64,000 bases of DNA from the human T2T-CHM13v2.0 reference genome, Homo sapiens, in assembly GCF_009914755.1 (NCBI RefSeq), contig NC_060927.1, one strand, 5' to 3'. The translations under genes were made by a program, and so were the position numbers. Below, piece by piece: positions 1-12,130 of the stretch (the first letter of the stretch is position 1; each line of letters opens with the position of its first letter). Below the pieces are notes generated by a model that was not told the origin of the DNA, did not search any database, and saw nothing but the letters and a program-made list of their open reading frames with translations.

Positions 1-527
1 GAGCAGCCAGAATGGCTAAATCAACTCGGGTGATGAATGTGGTAACAGATGCTACAATCACATTGCTTGCATAGCCAAGACAGAAGATGGGACCACATTA
101 AAATCAAAATGTACTTCCAAATCTATGTATCTATCCATATCTATTAGTCGTCCCCACTTCTCTTAAAAACAACATATTTTCCTTCAATTTGTACAGTGGT
201 TGATTAACCAGCTTTTCCCTATTACAACTAAAAAGGATCAAGAGATGTGATTGCCAGGCTACAAATGCAATTCTCACATAGAAGATATTTTTAAAATGCT
301 TGAATATATATTCTCACAATGGGACAGAATTTTTGAAACCAGAATTATACTGGCCAACAGTGCTATGTCTCTGCTTTTCATTTTCTCCTATCTATTCCTT
401 CCACTATCTTGAATCCAGCTCTGATACTATATGGGTAATTTTGAAGAGTTATTTAAACGCCACAACTTTAAGTCTCTTAGTGTATATCTTGCTTGATAGA
501 AGATTGTCTTGAAATATAAATGGGATC

Positions 528-870
<343 letters not shown>

Positions 871-2035
871 TTAGCACAAATACTTACTGCATAAAATCGT
901 TACTTTTGCCTTTTCTTCTCATTTTCCTCATGGGAAGCAACTATTTCCCAAAGGTCTTTGGGACCTTTGATTGAGAAGACAGTGATTCCAAACTTATCAG
1001 ACATCTTCCCATCTTTTAGATTGCCAGAACATAGAGAAGCATTTGTTACTGGTGTGAAGTTTTAAGTGCAGTCCAGCCATGTCTTAAGGTTTACACAGTG
1101 TCTGTATGGAGAGTCCTGAGTCAAGTCCGTTCTGTCCAAGAATGGCAAAGGGCAAAGATCCATTCCATGCTTTAAGACAGCAAACCTTTCAGCAAATGAA
1201 GGGGAAAATTGAACTTAAATCAGAAAGGGAAAACAAATCCTCTTGTCCAGTAAATTTCTTTAATCAACAGAGTAGTTTTCCAAGACTTTCATTCAATGTC
1301 AAAAAGCTTACTAGGATTTTTGCCCAAGTACACAAGGTCAGAGCAAGTTGTTATTTCAGAAAAATCCAGAACAGAATCTCTTAGAAAAAAAACATAGAAA
1401 ATTACACTGGCAAAAGAAATTGCTGAGCTGGCACAAAAGGTGTTTGGAAATATTTAATGTACTCTCATTTATCTTTAGATCAGGTGTAGAATGGAAACAG
1501 AACCAATAGGAAAAAATGTTGTTAGTAGACCTGTCAACTATTAAGAACTGCATATGCTGTAATTCTCTAGCTTTTTCCCATAGTCCAAATATATGAATGT
1601 ATGAAAAAAAATAGGGTAAAAGCACATGTAATTTTCCCAGTGATGTATCACAGCTTGCTCTGCCAGGAAAGGTAAGTAAATGAGCAATCTGTCAGTAAGC
1701 CCAGCATGAAATGAGGGTGGAGCTGGGATCACAAAGTAGATATGTCACATTTCAAATTCTTTAGGGAAAATGCTGGTGATATCCAAATTTAAATCTAAAA
1801 AATAAAAAAGCTCCTATTCACACATATTTTTTCTTGTACTTTCCTTTATACTTTATACCTTTCCTAGTATTCTTCTTAGGTTTTCTACTGCACTTTGTGC
1901 AGAACCCAGACATTTAAATGAACATTAAACAAAATGTGAATATCTGAATATATTACCTATACATTCTAATTCTTAGAATTCTAAGCATGTAGGTATTCTG
2001 AATTATTTTTTCAGTTTGAATTTCTGATTCACTTC

Positions 2036-2779
2036 TATTTTTTAATGTTTATTTTAAGTTCAGGGGTACATGTGCAGGTTTGTTATATAGGTAAACTTGG
2101 GTCATGGGGGTTTGGTGTACAGACCATTCTGACATCCAGGTATTAAGTATTAAGCCTAGTACCCATTAGTTATATTACCTGATCCTCTCCCTCTTCCCAC
2201 CCTCCACCCTCCAAAAAGCCCCAGTGTCTGTTGTTCCCTTCTATATGTCCATGTGTTCTCATCATTTATCTCTCACTTATAAGTGAGAATATATGGTATT
2301 TAGTTTTCTGTTTTTATGTTAGTTTGCTAAGGATAATGACCTTTGGATCCATCCATGTTACTGCAAAGTACACGACACACTCTTTTTAATGGCTGCATAG
2401 TATTCCACGGTGTATATGTATGACATTTTCTTTATCCAGACTATCATTGATGGGCATTGAGGTTGATTCCATGTCTTTGCTATTGTGAATAGTGCTGCAA
2501 TGAACATACTGGTGCAAGTGTCTTTATGATATAATGATTTGTATTCTTTTGGATACATACCCAGTAATGGGATTGCTGGGTTGAAGGGTAGTTCTGATTT
2601 TAGGTCTTTGAGGAATCACCACACTGTTTTCCACAATGGCTGAACTAATTTACACTCCCAGCAACAGTATACAAGCATTCCTTTTTTTAAACCTTGCCAG
2701 CACCTGTTATTTTTTGACTTTTTACTAACAACAATTCTGACTGATGTGAGATATTTCTTTGTGGTTTTGATTTGCATTT
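2036..2779 (-). mobile_element. 5'-truncated primate L1 (older L1PA-type): 3' UTR and end of ORF2
   Basis: T-rich tail, then CAGGGGTACATGTGCAGGTTTGTTA...CCCAGTAATGGGATTGCTGGG...GTGGTTTTGATTTGCATT; minus ORF 2358-2558 (YPKEYKSLYHKDTCTSMFIAALFTIAKTWNQP) matches the ORF2p C-terminus. Confidence 0.95.
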
Positions 2780-4763
2780 GAAATATTCTAATATCTGAAG
2801 AGCAGATATTTCATGTTATTTGGAAAGAATGGTCATATACTGAACTAAATTTTTACACATCAGTATCATAACCTTCAATAAATGTTTCTACTTACACATT
2901 TATTTTTGAGTTTTTCTTTTATCATTGAGCTACTGGTTGATTTCCTACTTAGAATTTAGTTTTTTTAACATAATTTTTCTGGATTAAAAACTGTCTTCTC
3001 TACCATTATATTTATCATCTTTATAACTACTTTGACACATTTTCTTTCTCTTCTTTCCCTATCTCCTTTTATATTCCATTTCTAGATCTTATTTTCTATG
3101 TTTGTCCACTGAATGTATTATTTAGTCTCTTTCTCTTCTGGAAAAATTCCCAGAAAGCATGTTTTTTCTTTCTATAACTGCTATTGTGAGACTGAGAAGG
3201 AGAAAGTGGCAAGAGGGCACACCTTGCTGCTCTCAGAATCGCTGAGATAGTTGCGGGACTTACTCCCATTACTTTAGATGAAAGTGAGGGTGGGGTGAGT
3301 GTGGCCAATGGAGCCAACGTTTTTGTTCATCCATAGAACTCTACATTTGTTGTTTTGTTTAAGCGTGGGTGTAAGGATTGCTATAGATGGCAGAGGAAAT
3401 TACCTAGTCCATATAGGGGAGTAATGAGATTGCATAACCTATGTGGCATTTAAATAAATTGGAATTTGTTGATAGACTATATAAACAGACATAAATCTAT
3501 ATTTTCTAATCTATTAAGTAATTAAACACAATCCATGTGTAAATGACTACTTCATATGCAGTGTGACTTCTGCAAACTTAATTTTTCAGAGTGTATGACT
3601 TTCTCACATTAAACTCTCTCAAATAGATTTTCACGATCTCCAGACTCTGAAGCATAAATCAGAAATCTGTTCTTCTAGCCCAGTGCTTCACGAACACTCT
3701 GTGACTGTCAGATTTCTCTGCTAGCAGCTTTAGTTACCATAGCTTCTCAAGCCATTCATTTTTTTCATGTTCCTCTGCAGAGCAATGCACAATAGGCCTT
3801 CTGTTCTCCTTTCTGTTCTATCACTTATTTAAGGTTGACCTACAAAATGTTAAAAGTTTAATTCTGAGTCAGGTGCTCAGTGAATGTCTAAGGAAGCATT
3901 ACATACACCATAAATACATGTTGGTTGAGTCTACACATGCAAAATGAAATGGAAGAATAAGACTACATCTAGACATATTGAGGCAAAACATATGTCTGAA
4001 ATATCTTGAGAAATGAGGCCAGGCTTTTTGAAATGTTACTTTTTGGTAGTACTAAAATGCAACCATAGAAATTAAGCAGAGGAAACCTGTAATAATGATT
4101 TGGTGTTCATCTAGCACTTTCTTTATTCACAGATCCCAAAGGATTTAACATACTGTTTAATCTTCTCAGGTCTGCTCTTTTTCTTTTCAGTTTTACTTTT
4201 CTCTCTCCAGTCATGAAAACTTTAAAAAAATGAATTTTTCATTAAATTGATTGTGACACTAGAATTAAGTAGTAAAATTCCATAATAGTAACAAAATAGA
4301 AGTCATTAGTAGAAGTTCTTTGCTATAATCAAGGCCAGTCCTATGGGTACACTGGTGACCTAAATGTAAGAAGGCCTATGTCTCCTTTTTGACTTTTTAC
4401 TTGATGACTTCTCTTAATCCCCAACTCCTAACACACACACTTACATACACCTCTTTCTGGTGCCTATGATTTAGGATCTCTGAATTTATGAATCTCAATC
4501 AAAATAAAGTTAAGAAAATGCTTAGATAAATCTAATTACATTAAAGCTGAATGGCTGATAAAGCTTAACTCGCTTTACTAGGGGAGACTCCCAGGCATAG
4601 CTACATTTTATTTTGAAGATGTTATTTTAGGGTGTGGAGTAGGTAAAGCATTTTCTCAGGTCCTTAAATAATACCATTTATCTTTTCCATCATAGATCCA
4701 CCATAGTTGGTCAGGGTTTAATTTGTTTTAAACAAGGTAAATGTCCTTATGTGGTACCTATAT

Positions 4764-4826
4764 AAAAGACATTAAGATGATATATGAGGCCCTTGCTCAA
4801 AAAAAAAAAGACAGTAAGATGATATA
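4764..4826 (+). mobile_element. Extremely truncated retroposed fragment (Alu 3'-end-like) with TSD
   Basis: TGAGGCCCTTGCTC plus A-run, flanked by AAAAGACA(T/G)TAAGATGATATA at 4764-4784 and 4806-4826. Confidence 0.7.
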
Positions 4827-5362
4827 ATCTCTCAGTAAGTAATCACACATGCTGGTTTAAATCTGTCATTTTAAATTCTTAATTATTAATAACACCTTGT
4901 TTCACTCTAAAAAGTATCCTATATTGGACAATAAATTAAATGTCAACCTATGAACAAACTAAAAGTTTGATTGCTGTGTGCGTGGCCATCAGTTGCCTAC
5001 CCTTTAACCCTCTTGCTCTCCCCTGCATAAAAATGGAAGTTTCTTAAAGGAAGTGTCTCACAGCTCTCATACCACTGCTTATAAGCATAGAATCCCCTTC
5101 CCATTTTTTTCCCTAGTTACTACATTTTCTCATCTCACCCTAGACATTCATACCTCTCAGTTCCTCTTCAATTCTCAAGAAACCAAGGGAAATAAAAGAC
5201 AAAGAAAGAGGTTCACAGAGAAGACTTGGTATTAGATGAAATTAAAGTAACTGAAAATTTAACACCCATTTTATTCCTCTGTTACCCTGTTTGGTACCTA
5301 ATTCTCTATCCCCCAACAAATCTGCTTTCAAAAACTATCCATAAGTTGATCAATATCTCAAT

Positions 5363-5450
5363 TGCCCTGATTTGATTATATGAATGTATCAAATTATCAT
5401 ATGCACCCCAATCATGTACACATCTAATTAATATGTATCAATAAAAAGTT
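5363..5450 (+). mobile_element. L1MA-type 3' end fragment
   Basis: CCCTGATTTGATT...TGTATCAAATTATCATATGCACCCC...TATGTATCAATAAAAA resembles the L1MA terminus. Confidence 0.7.
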
Positions 5451-5504
5451 TAAAAGATCTATTAAGAATAGTACCTAATACAATTTTTCATATTGCTATT
5501 CAGT

Positions 5505-5570
5505 TCTCTCTATATATATGTATATATACATGTATATAAATATATAACACATATAAAATTTATATGTAAA
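5505..5570. repeat. Degenerate (TA)n tract
   Basis: Directly visible. Confidence 0.85.
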
Positions 5571-7971
5571 ATTTAAAAATGCTGGTTGGTGATAAGATAA
5601 AAAAAAAATGCCAGGTGGTGATAAGTTACCTGAAAATAACAAATCAGGATAGGAAGATAAAATATGCCAATATCCTTCTGATTTGTTGGTTAGAAATGGC
5701 CTCTGTGGAAAAGTGGTATTGAGTTGCACCCAAATGATGAGAAAGCATCCGTCATGAAAAGATCCAAGTAGAGATTTAGGGCAGAAAAAAATTACAGAAA
5801 AGAAAGAGAATACAGAGAACATAGAGAGCCAAGTACAGGACTCCTTTGTAGAATTGACCATCCTTGGCATCTAGATGCAACCAGCTAGGCCAAGGACCCT
5901 CCATAGGTTCTGTAGACTAAGATGGACAAAACTCAGTTCCATGAACTCTGCATTATCACAACTCTGTATCATCAATTTCAGGAGAATCAATACCAAAAAC
6001 AAGCAAAAAGGTATTTTGGTGGGGAAGAGTTCTGATTTACCTTGAAAAGACTGATTTGAAGACAATTCATTCAAAGAGACCTGGACAAGAGAAGCACGTG
6101 GACCAGCTCTGATGTCACAGCTAACATGAACAAACATCAAATCCTTGAGTACAGCAGGAGGCAGTCTTTAGAGTGTTTTGCAGAGAGGACTCATCCTCCG
6201 GATGACCCTTGGGGTTGCCACCTGTGTCCTAACTGAACACATCTCCTCTGGCACTTTTATGCTCCAGCGCTTCTCTTCTCTCCGGTAGTTCTCCTGCCCC
6301 TCCCAAACTTGTTTCTTATAAAGATTTGGTATTTCCATGTTGATGAACTTTTGAAGACATTTGTTTTATAGTATTGTTTTCTTTTCAAAAGATTGTTTTT
6401 ATCCATATCAGCAAACTAGAATATTTAAGAGTTGTCAGGATTTGGAAAAAGTCTTGTCATACAGAACCAGATGTTAAAATGACATTTGTGAAAACTGAAT
6501 TCTACCTGTGTAGAATTTATTATGCTTTTTCTATTCATGTAATATTATTTCATTTTCTCATTTTTTGTGTGTTCTCTTACTGTCTGGATACATTCAAATG
6601 CAGCTAAATCCAGGCTACCAAAATATTTGTTAAATCTATCTGTTCCTTTAAAGTTATATTGCTCCATAAGAAGCAATGCACTTCTAATTGTGTGACACTT
6701 ATACACCGTCATTTACTAGCCAAAACAGATTTTTATAACCCACTTTTTGGTCTTGACCTATGTGACTACTTATATTTGGAGATAGCCTTCTTAACTCATT
6801 TGAAGAGCCAGGGATGAAATAAATACTCTAGCTTTTCATGATTGCCCAAGATGTATTACTTCTAAATGACATAAATATCAATACTTCCTGTAAATGAAAT
6901 AGCCAAGTAGAGAACGAAAGTGGTCTGACTCATTAAATGGAAAACAGACTCTCTTAAAGGCATATGGAAAGTAACAGGTCATTTGTACTCTAGGAGCTCC
7001 TCAACCTAGCAAGTTCGTCAGAGATATAATCTTATGTCTGGTGGTTAATTAGAGTCAAAAAGTTGAAATAGGAAGATATTATTGTTGATACTATGCTGCA
7101 GATTCATATTTGTATAAGAATCATTTTGTGAACAGGCCTGGGAACTTAATGTGAAATATTATTCCTATGGGAAAATGTATTCCAAGTTCTAAACTGCCTT
7201 CCAAGTTAATTTGTGCTGTGAACGAGATTTGCAAATTAGAGGCTTATAAGGACAGAATGTGTCTTAGCTCTTCCTCCTCTCATTGCAAATGACTAGTTTT
7301 CTTATCCTCTGTTTGTGAAATAACCATTCACTTACTGCAATTAGTTCATAATTTCTTCCGTGTACATTTGGATGAGTGCTTTTGTATAGTCTACTTTTTC
7401 TATATCTAGTCATTTTACTGTGATATGTTCCTCAATGTCTACGGTTTTGAAAGGTCTTCTGATGAATGACATATGCTCCAGTGTTTTATTTACACATTTT
7501 ACATAATAGTGGAGCTACATGATTATATAATTGAACTTTACTTTGGCATTCTCTCTCATTCACTCTCTTCCCACGTCCCCTCTCATCTTGCTCTCTCTCC
7601 TATGTAGCACCACCTATAAATATGAAATAATAAGATCATGTTTTTGTGGGTGTACTTATCTTTCCTTAATGATCACATATGGACTTTTGGACTTATTTTG
7701 AGGACTTCTGCTTTTCATGCCCTAGAACAGTAGCGAGAAATTCAAGTGTTTTCCTCTGCCTTCTTCTTTTCTGCCTGGCATTCTTTTTTGGTTTATTTCC
7801 TTGTCCAATAAATACCCTCACTTTCCTAATATCCCATCATTTGTGTTCCTTCTCTCTTTACCATCATTAATGTTCAATGAACTGTTCACTTATATGTGGA
7901 GGAAAATATGTCTACCTGGCTACAAACTTTCCTTTAGAAGACACAATTTATTTTACCGAATACAATACGAG

Positions 7972-7972
<1 letters not shown>

Positions 7973-8012
<40 letters not shown>

Positions 8013-8324
8013 ATACTAGGTGTATATATATATATATATATATATAAAATACTAGGTGTATATATATATATATAATACTAGGTGTATATATATATATAAT
8101 ACTAGGTGTATATATATATATAATACTAGGTGTATATATATATATATAATACTAGGTGTATATATATATATATAATACTAGGTGTATATATATATATAAT
8201 ACTAGGTGTATATATATATATAAAATACTAGGTATATATATATATATATATATTTTGTAGGTGTACTTACCTTTCCTTAATGATCACATATGGACTTTTG
8301 GACTTACTTTGAGTACTTCTGCTC

Positions 8325-8383
<59 letters not shown>

Positions 8384-8545
8384 CACACACACCTAGTATT
8401 ATATATATATATATATGTACATACCTAGTATTTTATATATATATATATATCTCCAAAATACTAGGTAATATATCTTTCCACAATACTATATATATATATC
8501 CAAATATATATATATATCCAAAATATATTTTTTATATATATCCAA
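7973..8545. repeat. Compound repeat: (TG)15, 9 units of AATACTAGGT(G)(TA)n, 71-bp insert, (TG)18, inverted units, (TA)nTCCAAA units
   Basis: Units counted directly at about 8011-8252; reverse-complement units ACCTAGTATT at 8391 and 8423. Confidence 0.95.
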
Positions 8546-10577
8546 AAATACATTTTTCCCACAGTTTAGTCTATGAAAACGAACTTTGTTACTACTTTTC
8601 CCCAGATCACTTTGCTATAACCAGATATTCGATAGCCTAATGTTCTTGGATTTTTCTGTTTCTCGGGTTACCATACAGGGGCATGACTGATCCTTCACAT
8701 CTCTGATACTGTTACACTCTCTCTATTAACTTCTCTAGCTGAAATTTTCTCTAGTTGAATCTCTCCTTCTCCCTAGAAACTGCAGTCTTTAAATGTCTTA
8801 TTACTTTTCCCTCTACTCATTACATATCACAAACTCTTTTTCTATGTTTGAAATACCTACAAATATCATGTTCATACTTTGCTTTTCCAACATATTCAGT
8901 TAACCATTCTAACCTTTTTCTCTTCCTGCCATTCTGTCAAATTGAGAAACAGTAGAACCAAATTTTACTCACACCCACCTACACACACCCCTCAAGAGTT
9001 CTGTGTGTGCTTACTCTGTGCTCTGTTCTGAACAAGATTCTATGGGGGTAAATAACAAAAGCTACCATAGCCCCTGTCCTTAAAAAAATGCCAATTCGGG
9101 AAAACAGTGCATACAGATTTAAAACAATTGAAGGACAATGAAATGCTGTACGTAATTAAATGCTAAGAAAATTATTCTCCATTCTTAATAGAACTACTTA
9201 AAAATCTGCCTTTATCTGATGTTACCAAGTGGGTAAACATGCCAGTCTCAAACTATCATTCACAGTCAACTCATGTGATTACAAGTTTGGCCAATTTCAG
9301 TTTGTCTGATTCTCTATAGTTGCCCATATAGTTACACTGCAGAGATTTGAAAATGCCTCAAGTGGCTGAAGGTAACATTTTGTGCATTCTTGGGTATGAT
9401 TCCTCCACATTGCTAGATAGATCCACCTAAATTTAACCAGTTAGGGTGGGATGCCTTGAGAATTATTTAAAGCAAAGCTGAGGAACCTAAAAAAAAGAAG
9501 CCTCAAGGCATCAAAGAGACAGAAAAGCAAAGTTGGTCACTAGCACTGCTTAGGGAGTAGGTGCAAACCTATTAGGTCCAATTGTCACATCTTCTCTTCT
9601 ACCCTTCTTGGCAGAGCATGAAGAAAGTTCTATGCTGTCTTCCTTTCTATAGCCTGGGCGGTTCCTGCTGAATGGTGCTCCCCCTGGAGCCGTGCAATAG
9701 GGCAGCCTAGCTAGCAGGTGCTCTTCACTCGAGAAGGAGAAGCAGATCAAGATCAGGCTCTGTATTAAATTCTGAGGATTGTTTTTCTCTTTGCACCAAA
9801 CACTGACCTGCTTTCAGTGACATGTGCCCTGTGGATCATTTTGGCATCAGTGATAAGGTGTGATAGTGAGTCTATGGCACCACTGCAAGGACACCAGAAC
9901 TTTGTTGTTATGCACATTAAGAAGCATTTGGTGGGAATTCAAGATGCAATCTGGACCTGTAGAAGAGAGTCTCTTTGTTAGATAACTAAATCTTATTTTC
10001 AAGAATAACCTCTGTCTTCTTGGACAATACTCGGAACAACTAAGACACTCAGAATAGTACCTAAGGAAAACAAATCAATGGCACAGAGAAAAGCAACCTC
10101 AGCTATTAATACTATCTTTACTCATAACTCAGTAATGGGTCAGTCTTTTCATATACATATTTAGGGGCATGGCTTTCTCTGTAAGTTTATCAAGTGCAAC
10201 ATTAACTCACCATACATTCTTTTCAAGTCTATCTTACTCTTTAAAATTTCTAAGTTTACTAAAGCAAAACAGATAAGTGAAACTTTGATAGGATCCATAT
10301 CTCTTTCTCAGAGATCCACTTCTACCTCTCAGACATCCATGTCTGTTTCTCTGGTATGTCAGGATTTCCAAACTGCATACAGGCTTTCTAATCTTCAGAG
10401 CAACTTAAATATTTAAAAACTACATCCAACTCCCTCTGCTACTCACCCCTCTCCAAGTTTGACCAACTTCCACAAAACTACAATTACAAACTACAGGCCT
10501 AATATGCTTCACTAGGAACCCAGAGTTGAAGTGCAACCAGTCATCTTAGCTGGAGTCCGTCAAACTAGGACTTGCCA

Positions 10578-10690
10578 ACTAGGTTGGCAAACAGGTTTGA
10601 TTTAGCATGCTGTTAGGTGATGACTGCCTAAACAGCTGAGTTGAGAAAAAGTCAGAGACCAAGTCCAAGTACAGAGGAAATAAGTGCCAG
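10578..10690. mobile_element. MER102-like hAT-Charlie fragment
   Basis: GGTTGGCAAACAGGTTTGAT...TGACTGCCT...GTTGAGAA...AAGTGCC resembles the recalled MER102 start. Confidence 0.55.
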
Positions 10691-11256
10691 TGTTAGTTCC
10701 CAGGAATAAGTTTTAAGGTTTTTCTTTTTAGGAAGAACTGGAGTTCATACCCATATGTTGAGGGAAAAACAATATTACAGATGAATGTGAAGGAAATGAA
10801 ATTGTTAATGATTGTTATTAAAGACACTAAAAACTCAGGGAGACACATTGCCTCAGCCTCTATTTGCCTAATGGCAGGAATTAAATTCTTTCCTTTTGGT
10901 GACAGCACTTGCTTATCTGCTGAGAAAAGGCACCATCAGCAACCAGAGAAATCTGGGAAGAGATTTTATTAGCTTTCCACATATTCCCACCTTTTAAAAG
11001 ACTGGAGCTTTTCTCTTCTTTATCTTGTAGTTACAGGATTTATTGCTTTTTGTTAAAATACTATTTAAGCAAGGACCCTAAACCCCTGCCTTGAGAAAGG
11101 GATAGTTTGGAGCTGAGTTTTTCCCTGCGTGATGGATACAATGCACCTCAGTAAACTGCTAGTTGTTCTCTTGTTAATCTAAGTTTTATTTTCAGGAGAG
11201 CGTATCAACTAAGAATTTATGAGGGTTAAAAAATAATTTATAATTTTTTCCCTTCA
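10691..11256 (+). mobile_element. ERV1-class solo LTR (MER34/MER39-like)
   Basis: TG...CA termini; 3' part TCTCTTGTTAATCT...TTCAGGAGAG...CAACTAAGAATTTATGAGGG typical of MER4-group LTRs; no TSD recognisable. Confidence 0.7.
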
Positions 11257-11289
11257 AATGTGAAAAAAATAAATGTAGAAAGATTGAGA

Positions 11290-12130
11290 ACAACGGGAAA
11301 ATCTCCATTCAGTAACCATGAATAAACAAGTGATTCAGAAAGTCAGGATCATCAATGGGTATTTAAACCACTAGATCAAAGTTTGTTGGGGATCAGCACA
11401 TGGAAACAGTGATAAAATATCACCCTAAAGTTTGCTTTACCAATATTGATGGTGGAAGATATTTGTATAATGAAGAGATCTAGAAGTCATGACTTTAACC
11501 AAATGAGCAAATTAAGCATCACAAAGAATGGGATAACCTGCAGTAATGTACCTCTTACTTGGATTTAATATAAAGGATTCAGCACCATCCTGGAAGTATT
11601 ATAGCCAAAAAAAGTTTAACATGATTTAATTAAGCTTTGAGACAAGACATTCCATTTACAGGAAATACCAGAAGATAGAGGAACAAGGTAAAAGACACCA
11701 CCAGAAAACAGATCAATGAAGAAAGTGATATGTCACAAGATAATTCATCTAGTCTCTTAAAATAAAAGCCAATAATTTTTTTAAAAAATAAGGATTGAGG
11801 ACTTGCCTAGATTAAAAAAGAAAAAAACAAATAGAAAAGTTACCAGTTGGAGAAAAATAGTTATAAAGATATTAATGAGACAATTGCAGGAGTCGAATAC
11901 ACAGTATAGATGCTTTAAGGAATTATTATTTTTTTTAGACTTGATAATAGTGAATTTGAGATTATTTAGAGATGCTTGGTAAGCATGTAGTGCTATCTAT
12001 CAGAAAAGCAAAATTGGTGGTAATTATGTCAAAATATTAATTACTGAATTTTGGTGGTGAGTATAGAGGTGATCATGATTTGATTCTTTCAACTTTATGT
12101 GTTTTTGCAAAAATTTAAAATAAAAAGTAA
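11290..12130 (+). mobile_element. Ancient L1 (L1MC/L1ME) 3' UTR remnant
   Basis: TTAACCAAATGAGCAAATTAAGCATCAC, GCCAAAAAAAGTTTAAC and TTTACAGGAAATAC motifs; A-rich end. Confidence 0.65.

Noticed and set aside
1971-1985. Palindrome TCTTAGAATTCTAAG, also at 47341-47355 (STAT-like)
   Set aside because: Short AT-rich palindrome with no extended homology between the two sites; recurrence is plausible by chance.
2358-2558. ORF with L1 ORF2p C-terminal similarity
   Set aside because: Fragment of a dead, truncated L1.
3258-3309. CCAAT and CACCC boxes near a minus-strand ATGGGA|GTAAGT
   Set aside because: Spacing is too tight for a promoter plus first exon and there is no CpG island; unsupported.
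8011-8252. CRISPR-like regular repeat of AATACTAGGTG
   Set aside because: The spacers are only (TA)n, the context is eukaryotic and there are no cas genes; it is a minisatellite.
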